Source: Anaerolineales bacterium HSG24 (lineage in GTDB: Bacteria > Chloroflexota > Anaerolineae > 4572-78 > J111). Taken from it: a DNA stretch of 10,242 bases. Each line of letters opens with the position of its first letter. Within the stretch, counting starts at the first letter, position 1. Position numbers and translations under genes: made by a program. The DNA lies in NCBI GenBank assembly GCA_030377895.1, contig JAUCGB010000114.1, forward strand, positions 1 to 10,242, given 5' to 3'. Of the stretch, positions 6,701-10,242 are shown piece after piece. The notes below the pieces were generated by a model. The model was given only the letters and a program-made list of their open reading frames with translations, was not told the origin of the DNA and made no database searches.

Positions 6701-8011
6701 GGTGCTATTTTCAATGACATCTCCGTTCGCCAGATTATCATCCACCCGCACCACTAATTCCATGATCACTGTATCACCGGAGTCGACCGGACTATTAATC
6801 ACCCAAATTGCTATATCCAAAGATGCGTCGAAATAGGCTTGATCAAGATTCGGGTCTTGACCGCTGATAAACCGATGGCTCTCATAATCGGTATTGTCTG
6901 GAACAACATCGGACACAAACAGCCCGACCACATTACTACCAGAGGTCGGATCGTTCTCCAAAGTCAGCCGATAGGTCAACAAACCACCCACGGCGACCTC
7001 TGGGGTGGGTGAGGCGGTCTTTTGTAGGATGATATTGACTGGGGCAAAAATCGTAGCTGTGACTGGCGCACCGCATGTCTGGCCCGGTACATATCCACCC
7101 GACACACAATAGGTACTGTTTACGATTTTATCGCCGTTGTTTAGGCCAGCGTCAACCTGCACCGTAAAGTCAACATCAACCGATTGACCCACATTCAGCA
7201 CTTGGTTAAAATCCCATGTGACGGTTGTTCCCACCAAAGTGCCGCCGTTGGCAGTGGGGATATAAGTCGTGTTATTGGGCAACTGCTCGGTAATTTGAAA
7301 CGAGCCAAACGTCGGCACTGACCCCGTATTTCGGACGGTAATTTGATAGGTAATCTGGTCGCCCGATTGGGCCGTATTCACATTAGCCGATTTACTAATC
7401 GTCCACTCAGGCGCGTTGACGAGAGTCTGTACGTTGAAGGGTTGGTTGATATAGACATCCGGCGTGCCGCCGGTTAGTGTCACCAAATCGTTGACCAGAG
7501 TCGCCTGATCGGTGGTGGTGGGAACGACACTGTAGGTGAACTTAACTACCTCGTTGGGTGACAACTGCCGATTCGGCAATAGGGTATGAACAGAAACCCC
7601 TTGGCTCAGACAGATATAGTTATTTTCAGCCCAATCGACTGAATCGTTGGTTGAGCTAGAGTTTACACAACTCGTTCCGGCGGGTAAAACATCCCGTAAC
7701 ACCATTTGGTCGGTGATTGTGCTGGTGTAGGTAATCGGCCCATTTTGCAGGATAATTTCGTAGACAATCTCATGGTCGGGCATGGTCGGGTTTTGGTTGA
7801 CCACGTTAAGGCTGGCGGTTTTGGTGAGGGTAATCCCACCCTGAGCATGGGCAATTTTTGCCTCAAAGTGCAGAGGGAGGTTAGGCGGAAACTCGCCCCA
7901 TGTGACCGGCGATACTATTGAGATAGTGAACGCGGCCACCATCAACACGACGAGGGACAATAAACCAAGTGAGACGCGGGTTATCATGGAAAAATGATCT
8001 TTCGATAGCAT
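3713..8011 (-). CDS. Large secreted or cell-surface protein (1432 aa): N-terminal signal peptide or TM anchor, multiple DUF11 'conserved repeat domain' units, C-terminal CARDB-like domain.
   Basis: The N-terminus 'MLSKDHFSMITRVSLGLLSLVVLMVAAFTISIV' is hydrophobic. Repeated ~120-aa units carry DUF11-like hallmarks (LTLTKTDNNV.VEPGDTLVYT.NY.N.G...VVP.N.T...A...GW.C). The last ~190 aa, 'PGQPVVITVTVRNNQGTAVPKSFWVDLYL...YLYVLVDSFAESGSSLGEVVERNEQNNLYGPLIITV', match the CARDB pattern ending in E.NE.NN. A Thr/Asn/Ser/Val/Gly-rich beta-rich composition runs throughout. A good SD, AGGAG (rc of 8020-8024), lies 8 nt upstream of the ATG. Confidence 0.85.
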   Translation of the reverse strand: MLSKDHFSMITRVSLGLLSLVVLMVAAFTISIVSPVTWGEFPPNLPLHFEAKIAHAQGGITLTKTASLNVVNQNPTMPDHEIVYEIILQNGPITYTSTITDQMVLRDVLPAGTSCVNSSSTNDSVDWAENNYICLSQGVSVHTLLPNRQLSPNEVVKFTYSVVPTTTDQATLVNDLVTLTGGTPDVYINQPFNVQTLVNAPEWTISKSANVNTAQSGDQITYQITVRNTGSVPTFGSFQITEQLPNNTTYIPTANGGTLVGTTVTWDFNQVLNVGQSVDVDFTVQVDAGLNNGDKIVNSTYCVSGGYVPGQTCGAPVTATIFAPVNIILQKTASPTPEVAVGGLLTYRLTLENDPTSGSNVVGLFVSDVVPDNTDYESHRFISGQDPNLDQAYFDASLDIAIWVINSPVDSGDTVIMELVVRVDDNLANGDVIENSTHEIRPLPGTPPFTMNPAPQPVTTGIRGPTSLDISKTTTRTIVLPTEQIIYTINITNDSTADATSGTITEVVPQNTTWDSAGSTAGWSCPSIHAGTTCTYDFGNLAADSPTSATFAVRVNPVVSDEVDEIINTAIINYSSANGIPPDLSDNRDTHHLDLAVPGVTLLPSLQEGFAQPGNVLTYSLDVINTGTTDETILITVTNGLFVASPQTMSFSLVGGERREVIFSISIPATAEVGYRDTTGILAALESNDNLSDIATFVTTVAIPPNLGIVKGFYPSARAGEVITYGLVYINQVPNSVATGVVITETLPHFTTYVGDPNLWQQIPGTRKYRHEVGTLSFEGNSIIFPVKIDDNLPVFTVFDNIAEIGDDGTHGPEEIIIDNNSMVTTVITDGTTSPPTGNGPDMRIYTTASSGSFGPGDQISYSFMFANMGTAIANGVTIRDTLPDHTHFVEGTPTWRPVGSEYWYDVPSLLISNGPSYIVTMTVQVDDNLPGNVTVITNSAIIVDNGHNGADLNLADNSTVFTNSINNPNAPNLTLTKTDNNVSVEPGDTLVYTVNYGNSGPGIASGVLIQEVVPANSTFNATASLSGWDCTDGAAAEEICRHNVGTLSSGASGVVQFAVTVNQNLPSSVTSIGNIATIIDSLGNVDSAVKDTLVINNNTASTLTLTKTDNNVIVEPGDTLVYTLNYGNGGSNTVSGVLLSEVVPANSTFNATASSSGWDCMHGAVAKSVCRYNVGTLNSGESRPILFAVTINHNLPSYVTSIGNIATIIDSLGNVDSAVEDTLINRAFYLPLIIKPAPIDLWVEQVDVSDLSPFPGQPVVITVTVRNNQGTAVPKSFWVDLYLSIDPITPQVNQSWSSFGLSRVPYGVVWRTYDTPNGQRLLTNLIPNDPFDPTHNYSNFIPKNIGTWDKTMGGYPINNHFREPGQYYLYVLVDSFAESGSSLGEVVERNEQNNLYGPLIITVPGTPKRDRSPARDVLELHYNGGRPSLGP
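4340..5110 (-). repeat. Intragenic tandem duplication: two ~384-nt (128-aa) DUF11-type units with high nucleotide identity
   Basis: Bases 4367-4429 and 4751-4813 are nearly identical (e.g. 'gacattgcccaaactatcaat[g/a]atggt[g/a]gcgat[a/g]tt[t/c]ccaatcgaggtcaca'), and long identical stretches continue (ctagccgtggcattaaa[a/g]gtactgttagccggaacaacctc). The encoded units '...LTLTKTDNNVSVEPGDTLVYTVNYGN...SIGNIATIIDSLGNVDSAVKDTL' and '...LTLTKTDNNVIVEPGDTLVYTLNYGN...SIGNIATIIDSLGNVDSAVEDTL' are far more similar to each other than to the other DUF11 units. Confidence 0.8.
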
Positions 8012-8019
8012 ATATATTA

Positions 8020-8024
8020 CTCCT
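8020..8024 (-). promoter_or_regulatory. Shine-Dalgarno AGGAG for the 3713..8011 gene
   Basis: The minus strand reads ...caacAGGAGtaatatatATG, with an 8-nt spacer. Confidence 0.6.
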
Positions 8025-8114
8025 GTTGACAGGGGAATATCAAAACTGGTAAAGAACTATACAAAAATTCTACCTTACTCCAACGGATTCAACAAATCCC
8101 CACCCTCACTCATC

Positions 8115-8209
8115 GGGTAGTGGTGCAAAGATAGTGATAAGGAGTGCAAAGCTCGCTTTGCTTGCAAGGCACTCCGGATTCTGCCATCACTACTTGTGCA
8201 AGACTACCC
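8115..8209. repeat. Structured inverted-repeat element: 24-bp imperfect IR (GGGTAGTGGTGCAAAGATAGTGAT / ATCACTACTTGTGCAAGACTACCC, 19/24) enclosing nested palindromes (GGAGTGC...GCACTCC, CAAAGC-tc-GCTTTG, CTTGCAAG)
   Basis: Read directly from the sequence. It lies 104-198 bp upstream of the adhesin gene start (minus strand). The IR termini GGGTAG/CTACCC echo the MITE TIR core (tCGGGTAGc / gCTACCCGa). Confidence 0.5.
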
Positions 8210-8274
8210 AAAATTTCGGTGTACCTATTATGGGTATGACAATGGAGTAGATATTTTGACGATCAAGCCGCTCG

Positions 8275-8338
8275 TTTTAGAGCAGAATTTCAGGGATAGG
8301 AGAATCTTATTCTCCCATTCTAGTAATTCTACTCTAAA
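8275..8338. repeat. Second nested inverted repeat: TTTAGAGCAGAAT ... ATTCTACTCTAAA (12/13) enclosing a perfect hairpin GGAGAAT-ctt-ATTCTCC
   Basis: Read directly. It is not followed by a T-run on either strand, so it is not a canonical intrinsic terminator. Confidence 0.45.
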
Positions 8339-8385
8339 CATGACAAACCTTGATATATACTGAGACTATAATGCTATTCGAAATA

Positions 8386-8549
8386 CTTGCTACCCGACAA
8401 ACTGGTTTCGAGAAAGTTAAAACAGTAACACAGAGGACACAGAGCTTCACAGAGGAAAGAATAACTCGCTTTTTCTCTGTGAAACTCTGTGTTCCTCTGT
8501 GAAACTCTGTGCTAATTAGTTCAGACTAAATTTTCTGTCGGGTACTAAG
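8386..8549 (-). mobile_element. MITE copy 3 (164 bp), inverted relative to copies 1 and 2
   Basis: The reverse complement equals copy 1 except for one SNP (taattaAcacag vs taattaGcacag) and one fewer CTCTGTGnnn unit. TIRs are intact. The flanks TCGAAATA (8378-8385) and TTGAAATA (8551-8558) match 7/8 but are offset by 1 bp from the right-hand boundary. Confidence 0.85.
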
Positions 8550-8560
8550 TTTGAAATATC

Positions 8561-10141
8561 TTAAGATGAGACCGAAGTGTAACGAGCCTCTGTTTTTTTG
8601 ATCTCGTTGCTCTGACCCAATTCGGTGAACAGATTTATGGCCTTGTCTCTGGCTGAAATGGCCTGATCCATATTATTCTGCCGCAGGTAGAGTTCCATAT
8701 AGTCACGCCAAATCCAAGCCTGCATCTCGTTACTCTGACAAAAATCTAGGGCCATTTGAAGGTGTTTTTCTCCCTCAACAAAATCCCCTTGCCGAGCCAA
8801 CGCCAGCCCTAAAATCCGTAGGGCATCATCTCGTACTGCTTCAATCTCCTGCGCTTGAGAAGCGTAGTAAATTGCTTGATTTGAGTCGTCTAATCCTAAA
8901 TAGGCATCAGCCAGATTAATACAACACATGGCCTCACCTTCTTGGTGTCCTATTTTTTGATAAGCCTCTAAAGCCGGAGTGCATAACTCAATCACTGGTT
9001 CAAACTCTTCAGCTAATAGGTAATTCCAAGCCATATTCATATTTAAATTGACGATTCTACTTTGATACCCAATTTCAGTATATAGCTTACGAGACATTTT
9101 CAGATGCTCTATTGCCTCAGAGAAAAAGTTTTGCAATGTATATATTTGTCCTAAGTTATCATGAGCTTTTGCTTGTCCCATAGGATAATTCAATTCTTTG
9201 GCCTTTGACAATGCTTGGCTTAACAGTTTTTTTGCCAGATCATAGTTTTCTCGACGCATTTGTAAATAGCCTTGCAAATTATCAATCTCACACCGCCCCT
9301 TTTCAGACTCAACCCAAGCCGTCTCTTTATCTTGACGATGTGAGGTCCAACTCAGCCCTCGTTGAAAGATAACCACCTCGTTCAGTAAATTTTCTACCGT
9401 CTGTAAACCCTCTTGATACTCTCGATATGCCTCTTGATATTTTCCTCGCTCATCAAATATATCCCCTTTTATGCGACCAACTAAGGCTTTTAGAATAGGG
9501 CTATGTCGAATCGGCATCCGTAGCAACTCCAAGGTTTTATCATAGTTGCCACTTAACTGTTCCAATTTAGCTAATATGTAATATCGATTATCTTTGTTTT
9601 TTGCCGTTAACTGGTCGGTAGCAATCTCCTGTAATAATGACATGATTGTTGAACCGCGCCCCTGTTCTATCTCAAATTGAATATTTATATAACTTTGTTC
9701 AATGGCTTGATTGGGTTGCCCTGCATTAATCAAATGATAGGCTGATGAGGTGTACTGCATCAAGTTGGCTCGGTGATAGGCCGCTTGTTCATGGAATATT
9801 TGCCGACTATTTTCAGAAAGCGCATCATAAATAATCTGTTGATAAGCCGGAAGCAAACTAATCCATTGAAATTGGTCCACTTGTATCAAACGGCGTTGTT
9901 GGAGGTGGTTGATTGTCGTTGTCTCTCCCGCCCAAAATGTGTCTGGAATTGCTTGGCGATAGACGGACAATTGCGCTAGTATCTCGTATTGAGTTGGATA
10001 CTGCGCCAGTCGTTGGAACACCCGCAATAGCAAAAATTTGGTATCGGCGTGATGGCTTAAATCGGTCAGTAACTCCGAGAAAGGCTGGTCAGGATTAAGC
10101 TGATACAGATTAATGGCCCAACGGCAAGAGTAACCAAGCAA
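8561..10141 (-). CDS. TPR-repeat protein. The N-terminal ~130 residues have no ATG and the ORF track start is TTG. It may be the C-terminal helical/winged-helix plus TPR sensor portion of a larger STAND-type NTPase that is split or frameshifted.
   Basis: The C-terminal two-thirds has tandem 34-aa TPR-like units (AKAHDNLGQIYTLQNFFSEAIEHLKMSRKLY, GEAMCCINLADAYLGLDDSNQAIYYASQAQEI, ALRILGLALARQGDFVEGEKHLQMALDF, ...). The N-terminal part, '...FLLLRVFQRLAQYPTQYEILAQLSVYRQAIPDTFWAGE...', resembles the 'L..LSVF...F' winged-helix motif of NB-ARC/STAND proteins. The first in-frame ATG is ~130 codons in, and a stop lies 2 codons upstream of the TTG. Confidence 0.6.
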   Translation of the reverse strand: MLGYSCRWAINLYQLNPDQPFSELLTDLSHHADTKFLLLRVFQRLAQYPTQYEILAQLSVYRQAIPDTFWAGETTTINHLQQRRLIQVDQFQWISLLPAYQQIIYDALSENSRQIFHEQAAYHRANLMQYTSSAYHLINAGQPNQAIEQSYINIQFEIEQGRGSTIMSLLQEIATDQLTAKNKDNRYYILAKLEQLSGNYDKTLELLRMPIRHSPILKALVGRIKGDIFDERGKYQEAYREYQEGLQTVENLLNEVVIFQRGLSWTSHRQDKETAWVESEKGRCEIDNLQGYLQMRRENYDLAKKLLSQALSKAKELNYPMGQAKAHDNLGQIYTLQNFFSEAIEHLKMSRKLYTEIGYQSRIVNLNMNMAWNYLLAEEFEPVIELCTPALEAYQKIGHQEGEAMCCINLADAYLGLDDSNQAIYYASQAQEIEAVRDDALRILGLALARQGDFVEGEKHLQMALDFCQSNEMQAWIWRDYMELYLRQNNMDQAISARDKAINLFTELGQSNEIKKTEARYTSVSS

Positions 10142-10143
10142 AT

Positions 10144-10242
10144 TCAGTCAAGTCCGGAAGAGACAGAGTTGGCGATTTGTTGAGCTTGGTTTTCAAGCTG
10201 AGCCAAATACTGGTCAGGTTTTTTGCGAAAAACACGGTCGTC
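10144..10242 (-). CDS. 3' end of a minus-strand ORF entering from beyond the right edge (…DDRVFRKKPDQYLAQLENQAQQIANSVSSGLD*). It is in a different frame from the TPR ORF immediately downstream, so it is either a separate gene or the upstream half of a frameshifted gene.
   Basis: The frame is open to the window edge. Stop TGA at 10144-10146 (rc). The composition looks protein-like, but the fragment is too short to classify. Confidence 0.3.
   Translation of the reverse strand, partial: DDRVFRKKPDQYLAQLENQAQQIANSVSSGLD

Noticed and set aside
3721-7921. Short ORFs overlapping the 1432-aa gene (e.g. 3721..4017 -, 3911..4162 +, 4430..4702 +, 5496..5756 +, 6236..6534 +/-, 6582..6836 +, 7663..7921 +/-)
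   Set aside because: They are nested in or antisense to a long ORF with a strong domain-repeat signature. They have no independent support.
8026-8031. Perfect TTGACA (-35 consensus) on the + strand inside CCTGTtgACAGG
   Set aside because: No acceptable -10 hexamer lies 16-19 bp downstream, and there is no + strand gene to drive. The motif overlaps the RBS region of the minus-strand gene and is probably chance.
9773-10098. Plus-strand ORFs 9773..9979 and 9913..10098 antisense to the TPR gene
   Set aside because: They are short, lack an RBS, and are fully antisense to a better-supported ORF.

Overview
The window looks like an accessory-type region of a bacterial chromosome. The PT-rich linkers, DUF11/CARDB surface protein, HEAT and TPR repeat proteins and abundant miniature inverted-repeat elements (MITEs) are consistent with a filamentous cyanobacterium or a Chloroflexi-like organism, but lineage cannot be fixed from sequence alone. 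Five protein-coding units are supported. (1) The 3' end of a + strand gene (1..411) entering from upstream, with a Pro/Thr linker and a ~100-aa C-terminal domain of unknown function. (2) A + strand HEAT/PBS-lyase-type repeat protein (437..1414). (3) A - strand flotillin-like SPFH/band-7 protein (1661..3376). (4) A 1432-aa - strand secreted protein (3713..8011) with a signal peptide, many DUF11 'conserved repeat' domains and a C-terminal CARDB-like domain. (5) A - strand TPR-repeat protein (8561..10141) that has no ATG start and may be the C-terminal part of a frameshifted STAND-type NTPase; a different-frame ORF fragment runs off the right edge. The most striking structural feature is three copies of a ~155-175 bp MITE with 15-bp terminal inverted repeats (TIRs), about 8-bp flanking direct repeats and an internal 10-bp-periodic CACAGAG/CTCTGTG hairpin array. 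Every copy sits in an intergenic region; one supplies the stop codon of the HEAT gene, and copies 2 and 3, in inverted orientation, bracket the large surface-protein gene. Other signals are a 26-bp perfect palindrome with CRP-like half-sites upstream of or overlapping the HEAT gene start, two nested inverted-repeat structures upstream of the adhesin gene, and a recent ~384-nt tandem duplication inside the adhesin gene.
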